From Leptogorgia sarmentosa (taxonomy: Eukaryota), in the NCBI GenBank assembly GCA_964658305.1, contig OZ210885.1, positions 22,258,001 to 22,322,000 on the forward strand: DNA of 64,000 nucleotides, in the 5' to 3' direction. This document shows, one piece after another, positions 36,250-49,894 of the stretch. The first letter of the stretch is position 1; every line of letters starts with the position of its first letter. The notes under the pieces are model-generated. The model worked only from the letters and a program-made list of their open reading frames with translations, had not been told where the DNA came from and ran no database searches. The translations under genes were made by a program, and so were the position numbers.

Positions 36250-38460
36250 ACAAATCCATGTCAATCTGGCATGGTGCTGGTAAGAGAAGAATCTGCTCCA
36301 ACTTGCGACCCGCAAAGGCAATTCTCAGGTGCCGTTGGAAAAACCAGATGCATGGATGGTCTGGAGTCTCAATCAGACGCCGCACCCACATCACATGCAA
36401 TGAGCCAACTTTGCGGGCAACATCCACCACACCTAACCCACCGTGGTTAATTCTTTGGGTCACTGATGTTTGAGCCAACCATTCTGTTTTCCTTTGCCAA
36501 ACAAAGGAGAACACATGGCCATTGATTTTCCTTGCCACTGAGTCTGGTAGGCTTAAAAACGAGGCAAGATACCAAAATTTACTCAAGCATGACCATGCAT
36601 TGACAACTTTTGCGCCTTCCATGACATAAGCACCGACTCCAATTGGGTCAACTGCCTATCCCAAGATTCATCAGCCCATCGTTGCACAACTGAGATCCCA
36701 TAATTGTGATGAAGGAAGAAGACCAATTGAGAGCAACGAGAAAGTCTGTCCGAGAAGATCACTTGCCCACCAGAAAGCCAAGTGATTTTGATACATTGAC
36801 TTTGGCGCCAGATGCCTGTTCATACTTCTGAAAGACCTCATAAACAGCCGTTAGGCAAAGTCTGAGCGCACAAGAATAGTCGTGTCATCTGCATACTGGC
36901 AAATTTGAATGCACCATTTCCCCGGGAGCATAAAACCATCTATCCGAGGGTCTGCCCTAATAGCACATGCCACTGTCTCTGCCATGAGTACATAGAGAAG
37001 AGGCGACAAAGGACACCCTTGACGAACCCCTCTGGTGACACAAAAGGAGTCTGATTTTTCACCATTAATCAGGAGACAGGAGAAGATGTCAGAATAAAAG
37101 AGTGACACCCATTTACGAAGTGAATCGCCGAAGTTCATTCTCTCCAGGACTCTCTGAAGATAGGCCCAATCTACCCGGTCAAAAGATTTTTCTTGGTCGA
37201 GAGAGAGGACGGCCGCCCCAAGGTGATTTTTGTTCAGATCTTGCACAATGTCCTTTAAAAGATGTATGTTCACAATGGGGTTGCGTCCGCGAATGTTACA
37301 CGTTTGGTTCAGGTGAATCAAATTGGGCAGTACATGCAGCACCCTATTTGAGATTGCCTTTGCTGCAATCTTATAATCAACACACAGCAGTGTGATTGGT
37401 CGCCAGTTCTTCATCTTGAGGCAATCACCCTTGTTGTATAGCAAGGTGATCATCCCTGACCATTGAGTGGCTGAACGTCGCCCCGATGAGAAACACGCGT
37501 TCATCACCTCGACATAATCCTGGCCCAGCAAAGGCCAAAAGCGTTGATAAAATTCGGCCGGAAGGCCATCGACTCCGGGAGATTTCCCTCGGGCCATCCC
37601 ATTTAAGGCTGCCTTGCATTCTTCAACCATTAATGCACCGTCACACAGTTCACGTTCCTCAACCGCTAGCTGCCTCTGAAGCATGCTCAAGAAAAAGTCT
37701 TGCTCGCTCATGACCAGCTCCTGAGCAGTAAACAAGACTCCATAAAAACAAACCCAAGCTCTGGCAATCTGGATAGAAGTGGTAACCACCTGTCCTGCAA
37801 GTGTTCTAATTGCCGAAAACAACCTTTGTTCGCCCTGTCTTTTCTCTAAGTTGAAAAAGTACTCCGTGGAAGCTTCACCCTCTTTAGCCCACTGCACATT
37901 TGAGCGAAGTCAAGTTCCAAAAGCATGTTGTCTGTGGGCGTTTTCTAATTCTGATGCCTTGTAAAAGCAGTTTCATCGGGATGTTGCATTCGCTACACAT
38001 CATGCAGCCCGTAAGTGGACGTGAGTTCGGTGAGAGTGCGTGACAAATTATAGGCCCATTTGGAGGATGTATTACAGCCTCTGCGATCGAGATGTGGATC
38101 AACCACCGTATGGAAATAACCACATAATATGCAAGGGATAGTCGGGTCCAGTACAGGATATAGAGACTCAAAAAACTGATTGCCCTCTTTGGCATTGTTT
38201 GGACCGTAAAGATTACAAATTTGAAATAACTGAGACTGGAAGGAAAATTGGGTGTTAATAAAGCGGCCGTACTGGTCCATTGAGCTAGAAAAAAGCTGGA
38301 AGTGAGATTTGTATATATTCGCTACTCCGCTGCTACGGTTGGTCCCTGGGGAGGATAAACACTGGTAATTCGGTGGCACTATACCTGTAGACTGTGCTGC
38401 CTTTAACCAACAAGAAAATTTGCCTGTTGAAACGGAATACGTTTCCTGCAAGCATAAAAT
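36250..38460 (-). mobile_element. Tx1-clade element C, 5' part of ORF2 (APE plus RT)
   Basis: LCLQET, CNLYGPN, KSPGVDGLPAEFY, NWRPITLLCVDYK, SLDQEKSFDRVDW, GVRQGCPLSP and QYADD motifs. Confidence 0.9.
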
Positions 38461-38984
38461 ATCTCAGTGCATTAATGCCTGGCTCAAATTTCACGAGGAG
38501 TGGAAAAACGGGAAAAATATTTAAAAATTTATAAAAAAATAGTAATACAAGCTATGACTTTCATACTTTGTCAGAACGTTGGAAATAAATTGGCAAATGA
38601 TTTCGTCTTGCGGGGTGCCATGGGAATCAGTCGTGCAATCAGATATTGGTTCCAATAATAGAAATTAAAATAGCGATTCAAAACCCGACTTGGGGACACA
38701 CTAACCTTTGACAGATTTCAACAAAATTGTAGCTGCGTCATCGTTGGGCATTATAATTTCTCGCAGTAACTAGAAACACAGGAAAAAATCTTTAGAAACC
38801 ATTATTGTGATTCAGAATGGAAATTAAGTAATTCCCATTGTAAAAAACAACAATGGAAAAGCGGAATTATATCCATTAATGGGTCACATGAAATATCCAT
38901 TAATGTATATTTGGTATTACCAAGCATGGGAATATGATAAAATCCATTCATGGATACAAGTTTTCCCATTCATGGTTATAATAT

Positions 38985-39340
38985 TTCACAATCATGGATA
39001 AATGATTTTACCCAATCGTGGATATAGATTATCCATTCATGTAAATTTATTACCATTAATGGGTAAATGATTTTACCCAATCGTGGATATAGATTATCCA
39101 TTCATGTAAATTGTATTACCATCAATGGGTAAATGATTTTACCCAAGCATGGATATAGATTATTCATTCACTATATTGTATTACCATTAATGGGTAAATG
39201 ATTTTACCCAATCGTGGATATAGATTATCCATTCATGTAAATTGTATTACCATCAATGGGTAAAAGATTTTACCCAATCATGGATATAGATTATCCATTC
39301 ATGTAAATTGTATTACCATCAGTGGGTAAATGGTTTTATT
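38985..39340. repeat. 65-66-bp subterminal tandem repeat (~5 copies) with internal palindromes
   Basis: gggtaaatgattttaccc and ggatatagattatcc in each unit. Confidence 0.9.
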
Positions 39341-40152
39341 CATGGTCAAATTGCCCATCCATGGATGTGGTATACAATAATGCTGCTGCATGCTTACAAA
39401 ATAGCATTACATTTATTTAAATTCAAATATACAGTCTTTTTTAGCCATCATTTTAACAAAAATATGAACTATAAAGTAAACAAATAATTTCGAACATAAA
39501 TTTTACAACTTTTGCAATCTCTTTACCATGCACCTTGATATGTTGCTGAAATTTTTTGACTTGGAATTTATTTCCACAATCTTTCTTTGCAACAGTTCTG
39601 GGGCCAGCTTCATGGCAGCCTTGTCTTTGGTCATTGCAGCTGGAACAGGACATTTGTATTTCTTTAACTGAGAGGTTAACCAGCTTCTCGGTACATCTGT
39701 GTACTTGATAGCACCAAATGCAACTGTAACAATGATTTTGCATGCCTCAGTAGAGAACTGCACCTCTTCACTTTCATGCTGGCCTACAGACAAAAAATCC
39801 AACATTAGTCATGTCTCTACATCTGATGTTGAAAGGGATGGAAATTAGCTGTATATGAAAGACTTAATCTACTCTCCAAACTGGAAAGTACCTGCAGCAT
39901 TATATAAACCTACTGAAAGAAATATTATACCATACTGTACACTTGACACATTACCTTCAGAATCAAAACAGGATGGCAAGTTGAGTAACTGGGTATCAAT
40001 ACATGTCTTTTGTGTTTCCAAATCCTCTGGGTTTTGGGTAGCTCCCCCATGTTTCGCCTTTTATCCCCAGCTCACCCTAATTATCTCTGGGCGTAATCTT
40101 TGTAATCTTGTAATCTCACTTATTTCATGACTAGCTTTGTAAATTCATCACT

Positions 40153-40888
40153 ATCTTTGTAATCTTAGTAATCTTAAATCTAGTAATCCTTGTAATCTTA
40201 GTAATCTTTGTAATCTTCGTAATTCTTGTAATCTTCGTAATTCTTGTAATCTTCGTAATCTTTGTAATTCTTGTAATCTTCGTAATCTTCGTAATCTTCG
40301 TTATCTTCGTAATCTTTCTAATCTTTGTAATCTTCGTAATCTTTGTAATCTTTGTAATCCTCGTAATCTTTGTAATCTTTGTAATCTTTGTAATCTTCGT
40401 AATCTTTGTAATCTTCGTAATCTTCGTAATTCTTGTAATCTTTGTAATCTTTGTAATCCTCGTAATCTTTGTAATCTTCGTAATCTTTGTAATCTTTGTA
40501 ATCTGCGTAATCTTCGTAATCTTCGTAATCTTTGTAATCTTCGTAATCTTTGTAATCTTTGTAATATTCGTAATCTTTGTAATATTCGTAATCTTTGTAA
40601 TATTCGTAATCTTTGTAATCTTCGTAATCTTCGTAATCTTCGTTATCTTTGTAATCTTCGTAATCTTCGTTATCTTCGTAATCTTTGTAATCCTCGTAAT
40701 CTTTGTAATCTTCGTAATCTTTGTAATCTTCGTAATCTTCGTTATCTTCGTTATCTTTGTAATCTTCGTAATCCTCGTAATCTTGTAATCTTTGTAATCT
40801 TCGTAATTCTTGTAATCTTTGTAATCTTCGTAATCTTCGTAATCTTGTAATCTTCGTAATCTTTGTAATCTTTGTAATCTTGTAATCA
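40153..40888. repeat. Left TIR array of 9-mers (GTAATCTT(C/T))n
   Basis: Directly visible; reverse complement of the right array. Confidence 0.97.
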
Positions 40889-40946
40889 TTAAGGAACTTG
40901 TCACGTGGTAATAGTATATAGCTACTGTTTGCGTAATCTGGTTGCA

Positions 40947-43900
40947 ATGGCGAAAATAAGTGTGTTGGTGTTGGGTTTGATTTTGATGTTTCTTGAAAGT
41001 GGAGAGCTCGCAATTATTACCGAAGAGAACTGCCATAACTTGAAAAAGGCTTGCAAGTATTTCGACAGTAAAAGTAAGAATGAGAAGTGTGAATTGCCTG
41101 AAATCGTGGTACCAAGTTTTCCTAGTGTTTGCAAGGACTGGAATGCTAACTGGAGAATGTATCTGTTGTTCGATCCTCTGTCGCAATTCAAGTTTCTTTT
41201 TGAGAAGGATCCACTGCTCTGTCCTTTGTGCTCCAGTAGCCAAACAGCGGTTCTGCGACAAACACAACTTTGGATAAACGGCGAAAAGAAAAGACGAAAT
41301 CCAAGGATTCTGTACGACATTAGTTGTGTTGTGTTCCTGGTGTCCAAAATATATTCTTGTCCAAATGGACATAAGGAAGTCCCGGCCACTCATCCTGTTA
41401 TACTGAAACGAATCCCTGATTGTTATATCCCATTCCTTTAAAAACACAAATGTGGAATGACAACTAGGTGTGTCGAATGGATTACGGAAAAAACACGTGC
41501 CGGTTTGTCAGTGAATATTATCGAAGAAATGTTCAAAAAAAATTATCAAAGGGAAGTGTGTGGACGAATAGAACGATTTTGGACCGATTTCAGGTTTGCA
41601 GTACAATTGGCAGTGTGCGAGAAAACGGATGTTTTAAACCTTCCTTCCCTTGAACATTTGTACGATGAAATGAAAGGGTGTATTCCAACAGGACATATCA
41701 TAACAGATTTCATAATCACCAATTTCAGACGTTTCGAAGCAACAACTATGAAGCAGTTCGAGAGTACAACGGCTAAGTGGATAAGCTGCGATCATACCTT
41801 CAAAACAGCGTCAAATGTTGGATATCGCAGGGAAGATGGAAAGTGGATAAAACAGTACAAGGCTGTATTTTGTATTTTGAACGAGATAGGGCAGGTCATG
41901 CAGTGGCAATTTACTTCTTCTGATGGATTTTCTGAAGTGCGTGCAATGTTTGAAAGCTTACGTGAACGGTTCAGTAAGTCTGGATGCCAATTAAGTGGGA
42001 TTTTTGTGGACAATTGTTGCAAATGGAGGGAAAGTTTGAACCATATTTTTGAAGATGTTCCTGTGAAACTAGACTTGTTTCACGCAGTACAGAGAGTTGT
42101 GAGAGAGGTCCCTAAGCGAATCACTGTTTCCAGAGATATTGCCAATGACTTTGGCGTGGTTTTTCGAGAAAAAAACGATCACGGCACACGAAGAGAACAA
42201 CCAACTCCTAAGCCCAAAGTAATCCTTAAAAATTTAGAACACTTCATCGGAAAGTGGAGAGATGTAAAAAATGATAGGGATGGAAGTAACATTTTGAATA
42301 CGAAGGCTATGCATGAGATCGAGAATCTAAAGAAACATATAATTAAAGGTTGCCTCTCGGACATTGAGGTCGGCTGCGGCACGAGCAGGGATGAGCGTCT
42401 CCATCGGGATATGAATAAAATAGTAAGCTCAACGTCAATCGGGGCAGAACTAGCGTACGTTTGAATGAATGAACTGTTCATGAGGGAAAATAAAAAGCGA
42501 TGCCAAAATACTGCTACATCCTGGTCATCATTACCTGAATTAAAGGTTAACTCTGCCAAAGAATTGTTTCCGTTGGCTAAAAATAATAGTAGTAATAACA
42601 GTAATGGTACAGCAGACAGTGTAAGCGCTTGTATAGAAACATTTGGCATTAGAGCCAAGAAGAGATCTGTAGATGACACGCAAAAGAAAAGTGTGACCAC
42701 GCAAAAGTCTAACAAGGTAGCAGATTTTTCTTACGAAACGCTTCGTGTAGTAGAATCCCACGTACAACGACAGCTACAGCAGAAAAAAAAGCGTACACAC
42801 GGCGATAGTAAAGAAGAAGAAAAATCATTATTCCTTGAGCTAATAAAGCAAGCGCTGACGTGGTGGGCTACAAGTGTTTGCATAGAAACAATCGTAGGCG
42901 CAAAATGCATAAAAAAGGAACATGTACCGAGCCTTGTCAGATCTCGGATAAACAGTAATCGTGTAAATGCCCAGAAGAGGAATCCAGTTACTGGAAACGA
43001 GGAAGGCGACCTCCGACAGTTAGCAGCTGATTTTGGGTATTCCGTTGTGGAGATTCCCGCAGATGGTGATTGTTTATTTACTGCAACTGCTTTTCAGATT
43101 TTGCAAGAACTTGACCGTCTAAACTGTCCACCAACACTAAAAACGCATCTAGAAAGACTTGGTATACAAAACATTGAACAAGGAAACAGTAAATATGTCG
43201 CACAAAAATTACGATCTCTGGTAGTAGACGAATGGCAAAGCCAATTTGCCGACGAGTACATGGAGTTCTTTTTGTACACAAGCGAAGTAGGACAAGACAA
43301 AAAAAACATGTTTATGCTGGAAGCTGAAGAATTTCGAAATGCTGGAGTTTTTGCACGTTCGTTGGGTGATTGTGTCCTTTTAGCGTTGCCGAATATACTC
43401 AAGTTACCATTTATGATTCTGACCACGCAAACCATGTCCCCCTTTACGGACATATGTCCACGTTCGATCGTGGCCGGGGCAAGACCCATTTTTTTGGCAT
43501 ATGAATCGAGTGGACCCGGACATTACAATGCCCTTGTAAAAACGGAGCACGAATCGGAGAGCCAACCAAAAGAAACAATGCTGTCGAAGAAAAGTACGGA
43601 CAAAGCGAATGGAACACGCAAATCACGGAAAAGGGCCCGACACGAAACCCAGGATCTCACCCCACAAAAAGGAAAAGACTTCCTTTCTTCGAAGGGCGAA
43701 AATATTAAAGAAGGCCCTCTAAATGTAGCTGAGGTTTTCTTAATGCGTTCAATCATGAACAATTGCATTGTGAATGAAAAACAAGTTGGCAGGAAAGAGG
43801 ACTTCCAAACCTCGGTGGCAAACCTTTTCAATAAAGTAGCCGAGTTCCTGACAGGTGATGATGTTCTAGGGAAACTACCAATAAAATATCATAAAGTTAA

Positions 43901-43967
43901 CAATCTAAAAAGAGCTGCAAGAAGAATTTTAAAAGAAGACGACAAACAGGACAAGTTTGGCAGTTAG
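40947..43967 (+). pseudogene. Zisupton/KDZ-like DDE transposase fused to an OTU-like cysteine protease (~1006 codons, 2 in-frame stops)
   Basis: Three same-frame ORFs (stops at 41439 and 42462): CPLC...YSCPNGH zinc region; ISCDHTFK, ILNEIGQV, FVDNCC, VKLDLFHAVQR and GTSRDERLH motifs; then PADGDCLF...GPGHYNAL (OTU Cys/His). Confidence 0.8.
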
Positions 43968-44183
43968 GTACTAATATAAAGGACCTAAAATGTACTGACA
44001 GTGTATCTGTTCTATTACGGATCTGTTGTTTTTATATCGTTAAGGTTATGGTTGTATAATTTAGTTTGGGAAATCATGTGAAACTACTGAATCGAAGGAG
44101 GGCTTGGAAGGGCTCTTTGGAGGGCCTGAACATGCGCGATCACGCGCTTATCGTTTGTAAAATGTTGTAGTTATTATGAGATG

Positions 44184-44222
44184 TATAGATCAGTGGGTTA
44201 GAGCGTCGGGCTAGCAATCCGA
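44184..44222 (+). other. tRNA-like/SINE head fragment
   Basis: TAGATCAGTGGGTTAGAGCG (A-box/D-arm like) plus tcgg-ctagcaa-ccga anticodon-like arm; no T arm. Confidence 0.35.
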
Positions 44223-44622
44223 CCTATATATACTATAGTATGCATGGATATCAAACGATCCCGAAATTTTGTTATCAGTCTTCGTTGTATTACAAAATCT
44301 TATTAAAATCCATATAAAAATACAGAATAGATGTAGAAAAGGGAACACCTCAGTTCAAGTAGGAAAATAATGTGTTCAAAGCAAAGAGTATTCATTCTAG
44401 TTTATGCCAAGCCTTTACCATTGTCATAGCGCTAGCTGTGTACTGTACTGGATATAATATATGCATGCTGCACGCGTTGCTTTTGGCCGCTCGGTAGGCT
44501 TCAAACATTGCCGCTTTGCCGCCGAGTTATATATCGTTCCAGTCTCCTTAGAGTTCACACGAGTGGCCTCGCCTAGACGCCTCGAAGCCTCGTGGTTTTC
44601 CGTCATCACGTCTTCTTCGAAA

Positions 44623-47600
44623 ATGGCTGGGCGATCAAAGCCACGGCGACAAATTGTTGTTAGAGATGGCACTATTGGTTTACTTTATGGCGAGACATTT
44701 ACATCGGAAAGTAATTTTTATATAAAGGAGATAGTAAATTTCGTCAACATGAAAAATGGAAGTGGGTACTTCATCAAGATCCAGTCAAATATCGACTCAT
44801 CAGAAAGGTATGTTCTATTATTATTTAGCTTTAAAAAATAGTAGTATAGTGCGTGTGAACTGTGAATCGGGAATCATCAGGAATCCCGAAACATCGAGTT
44901 TAACTATAGGAACATATTTTATATTCGGGGCTTTATGAACATGCACCAAGTGATCAGTAAAACAATGTTATATAAAGCCAGTGAGAGCTGGCGGCGAAGA
45001 CAATTTGTCTGCGCCTCATTGCATGTTTACTATATTTTCAAATTCCGAAACGATGCAGCGACGCAAGGTTCTCTTGGTGTTTTCCATGGCTTAGAAATTG
45101 TAGTAAAACTAAATTGTAGTTTTAATTGAACTTTATTTGAGTAGCTATGGCAGTATATTAGCGATTTGTTTTTTATAAACCCGGCGGCCATTCGCGTGAC
45201 ACTTTCGACCGATCGAAACGGCGACGTTGGTTTATATTTACTGAATTTGGAGACCAATCGATTGTTTCTACCTTGGGTGCTAACAGTTTAGTGATTTCTG
45301 TAGTACTATCTGCAGCTTTACTTCAGCAAAAGTAGAAAAGGACCAGAAAAAACGGAAAATGTTAGAGAAATTTACTGTAAGTCGAAATTGAACTCGAAGT
45401 ATAACTCGAGGTCCAACTTGAAGGCCAACACTCCTAACTCCCGTGTGAATCGAGCACTGCATGATATAATAATTATTTTTCCAGTTCGGGCAACCGGTAT
45501 TACAATTCAAAAGAAGGCAAAAATTGAGAAAGTGCAATTTTAAAGATTACATCGCGACACGACTTGAGTCGCGTTCCTTTTGATAAATCCAAAAACAGAT
45601 TTTTAAATCAAATTTCAGATTTAATGTTCCATTTCGCAAAATCCTGAATTGGATTACAATCCAATTAATCTGTTGCAAGAGGTGGATTGTTCGGATTGAA
45701 TCATAAATCGGATCCGGATATTTGACGTTCCTTTTGAAATCACTCAGTTCGGATGTCACAACAAATTTCAAAAGCCTATACGAAGCACTTCACATTTTAC
45801 TAGAGGACCCGCTGCAAATCATGCTTTAGCGTTCCATTTGTATTGAACATCCGAGTAATCCGAATCCGTAAAATCAAAATCTGGATTCTCAAATGGAATG
45901 CGGCTTTGCTGCATATTTTATATTTTATATGGGATTTGTTTCCTGATACGGTATTTCCTACCATTTGGGTGAATGTGTTTAACAGATTACATAAGGAACG
46001 TCAGCGTTTGTGTTTGCTAGATAAAAGGCTACTTTCCACCCTGTTCCAACGCCTATACAGCTATGCTTTGGATTATTTCTCCACCACAGCTCTGAAAATA
46101 TTTTTTTTAAAAAAGTCCAGGGTTTCTTTCTCACTGATAGCTTCAGAAAGACAAATCATATTCACTAATTCAATGTTACACCTTCACACCTTTTTGTAAT
46201 TTTACAGCTTCCATTTCTTCACTACGGATGATTGTGCCAAAACAACCCGTTTTATGAAAGCAATAAATAGTGGTACAAAGAAGGGTGGGCTCTTCTGCCA
46301 ACTGAATGACCACAACCTCAACAAATATTTAATGGGCCTGGCGGCAGACTTTCAAAGAGGCAACCCCAACGTTTTCCAAAACTCGAAATTGGTTCCATCC
46401 TGGCATGGGAGACAGGAAGACAATGTGTGGGTACTAAATGAGGATTGTCAAATTGACAAACATGGGAATCTGATGGACGATACCAGATATAAATGGCTAG
46501 CCCATTACACCGGTGATTATAGTAGGGAGTATAACCAATCAAAATTCATGCAAACAAAGAGCTATCTTATTTAAGCGTTCGTTGGTTAGAAAAAACACCC
46601 GAAAACAGTTAGATGAAGGTATGAAGATATATAATTATAAAGTCTATAGCTCACAGGCAAATCTGAAAAATAGCATCATCATCAAATTTATCATTATTAT
46701 TTCTTGTCCTAATTTGACACAAATGATATATGTTAATGCTTGTAATTTCTTCTCATAGTTCTAGGCTTTGCCACACCACCTGATGAAGCAGGTGAGTATT
46801 TTGAAACGTACTGTAAACCATTTCTCATCGCAAACGAAGAGCCCTTGTTATCCCTCAGTACTAAGCTATACCTTTTTAAAAAGCTAAATGTATGGTTTAA
46901 AGAAAGAAAATATATTGCCGTTATGTTAAGACTGAATAAATTCGCATTATTTATCATATTAGTTTGATCGACTCTAAGAAAATACAAAAGAATTTGCCCA
47001 TCGTTGACACAAGGAGCAGCATCAAAATTCCACTATAGCCAAATTGTTAGCTGGCAATTACCTGCACTGTTATTTCAAATATTTCACTCAAAATGAGAAC
47101 ATATCTATGTAAATTGTTACCTCAAACAATTATTTTACGAATAAGTATACGTGATATGCGATATGATGGTCTCGTAAGGGTAAGTAAATTTTGCATCAAC
47201 TGTAGGGAATCAGAAGTGGTAAAATCAACTTTTTTTCTTGTTTATGAAAAATAGGAGAAAAAGTAAACTGCGTATTTTTTTGCATTCGTATTTTATCCAG
47301 ATGACACCCAGAGCAGTGCCCAGACTGTTTTATCAATTGTTTGTAAGTACGAAAATACATTTCAGTACATACTTTTACAGATTTATGGACAAGTATATAT
47401 TTATATTTTTGCTACTGTTCTATTGATATCAGGTATTGGAAAAATACTTTTCCACGTTCAAATACAGTTATAACCGCAAATGTGGCATTGGAAAAAGGAA
47501 ACATCACAATCTACGTTGAACTTAGCTGAACACAACACAGTAGTTGACATTCGTAGTTAGCTTTCATATTTTGGAACCTATGCTCAGTCAAACAGTCATT

Positions 47601-48477
47601 TATACCATTCGGTGTTATTTTTACGTGCGCATTTATATATAAAATAAGTATGTATACGGTATATATTTTGTTAACAATTTGGAAAAATATTTAGTTTAAT
47701 TCGATCACAGCAGGTATTTCACACCTATACTGAGGCCCGTGCTGAAATTGTTCTCGTTCTCGTAGGTTCTGATGAAAACAAGTGGCTAGTGCAAAATGCC
47801 AAAGTTGTTGCACTTGGCAACAATGTCAATGGAGGCCATTTGCAAAACATTTTAAGCGCAGACTACAATGCCGCCGCTATCGATTCCACTGTCGTGACAT
47901 TCCCTGTAGGGATGAAAGTGGCAGCTACCATAAACACAGAGGTCAATTCTGTATTATGTAGAAAAACAAGAACCACAAATCTTTGATGCTCAGTAAAATG
48001 GGTTTCAATCCCCACTTTAGTGAAATATCATTAAAACTAGTCTCTTTTAGATGCAGTGTGAAGGAGATACCGATTCAGACGACAGTGAAAATGACAACCA
48101 ATCAGACGATAACAACAACCAGGATTCGGACGTCAATGACACCAACCAACCAGACATGGCAGACAGGAATCAATCAGACGAGAGTGACTGGGAGGATGAA
48201 TCGGATGACAATCGACACAAACCAACCAGGCGAGAACAACAACCACGATTCGGACGTCAACGATGCCAACCAACCAGGCGAGAACAACAACCAATCAGAC
48301 GAGAGTGACTGGGATGATGAATCCGATGACAACCAAGGTAGAGGAGACCAAGGGAGCTGCTCTTGTCGAGCAAACCAAAGAAAAAGGAAAACAGAGCTTG
48401 AAAACCTTTGTGACTCACTGACACAAGCAGTCACAGGCAAGCGGAAACCCATTATGGTGTCACGATTGTGTAGCTAG
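44623..48477 (+). pseudogene. Second, intron-containing gene of the foldback element (unknown function, decayed)
   Basis: Exon-like blocks 44623-44807 (MAGRSKPRR..., donor gtatgt), 46209-~46590 (WHGRQEDNVWVLNEDCQID), 46759-46790, ~47765-47941 and acidic 48051-48477, with GT/AG borders. Confidence 0.5.
45566..45906. mobile_element. MITE with imperfect TIRs
   Basis: gagtcgcgttccttttgataaatcca ... tggattctcaaatggaatgcggctt. Confidence 0.6.
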
Positions 48478-48494
48478 TGTACTTTGGAAAGTTC

Positions 48495-48975
48495 AAAACA
48501 AAAACTACTCCGAATAGGATCATCAATTACAAGCCCAAAATTTGAGTAGATAACAAGAGACAGTATAATTGGTAATATTTCGAATGTATTTCAAATTCAT
48601 CGTCAGATCATTGGTTACAATATAATACAGCGATCTTTTATTGTTACATGCAGTTTGTAAATGACGTAATCAAGGAAGTGAACTACGTAGGTGGATCTAT
48701 TTAAAGAATTGGCAAAAAAGCTAATTTAACAACGCGAGTAATTATGAGGTGAGAGAGGTTACAGTGATAATGGTGGTGAGAATTCACCGAAAAAGTGCGA
48801 ATTCTCACCACCATTATCACTGTAACCTCTCTCATAATTACTTGGTGTTAAATTAGCTTTGTTGCTAATTCTGTAAATGGATCCAGCTTACGCAGTTAAT
48901 TCACTTCCTCTCTTGTTTTCTACTCAAATTTTGGGTTTGCAAGATGATCCTATTCGGAGTAGTTTTTGCTTTATT
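48495..48975. mobile_element. Long palindromic MITE
   Basis: Outer arms aaaaactactccgaataggatcatc / gatgatcctattcggagtagttttt; perfect inner 35-bp arms at 48751-48785 and 48799-48833. Confidence 0.85.
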
Positions 48976-49894
48976 TAAACTCCCGGCCAATCAAGGCATT
49001 CAATGTTGATTGATTCAGTCACGAGAGTTGCTTTTTACGAAAGCTGATGTTATAGTTGTGTTTTTTAGATAGTAGCTACTAGCTATGACTTAATGTACAA
49101 TCATTGTTTGCTTGATTATGTTAATTGGTATAATGTCAACAGCATGTTGAAATAGATGTTTTGCTTTTGTCTTGCTTCATCTCTTTGTTTGCGCGTCGTT
49201 TCACATTGTAATATTTTGGAAAAACGCATTTTCACTATAATCTAGAAGCCTTAATATTTCACTGGGTGTGGGTAGGTGCGGTTTCCCAGAAAAATTGGAG
49301 AAACGTGGATCAGAGAGGGCCCTCAGCTATTGTCAGTGGGCTAGAAAACCTGGGATGGATGGAAAAGGATCATACAAGGACTTTGGAAAGCTCATTTAAT
49401 TGTCTTCGTTTACTGAAATATTTTAAAAGATTGGTTCATGAATTGTGCCTGTTCATATTTTTTTAATTGCATATGAATTTTATAGTCAGACGTAATATTT
49501 TTCTGCCGTCATCGTTAATTTAAATAAAAATAATCCTAATTAGTATTTGTTTTAACTACATGCCAACTTTAATGCTTTTATCCGATGGCACAATTCTCAC
49601 AAAAAAACCCACCCAACTAAATGAAGTATCTCGTAGTATGTGATGAAGTATGAAGTAGTTTTTTTTTACATAGTCTCATAGAAAATTACACAAAATCTTT
49701 TTTTCTGCTAAATATTCCAGTACTAATAGGAATTATGACATTTTGAAATTTTGAGAGTTCGAGATGCATGGTTTTGAGAGTACGGCAGAATGATTTACCC
49801 TACTTGTGTTTCGCTTTCTCGCTTCTTTTCACTTATCACTTCTCATATGTAATAACCCCTACCCGTTTTTCAACCCCACCGTACCCATACAAAA

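Noticed and set aside
40131..41013. Long ITKITK / DYKDYE (FLAG-like) / LQRLRR ORFs here and at 50351-50704
   Set aside because: They are translations of the 9-bp TIR arrays, open in several frames, and are not genes.
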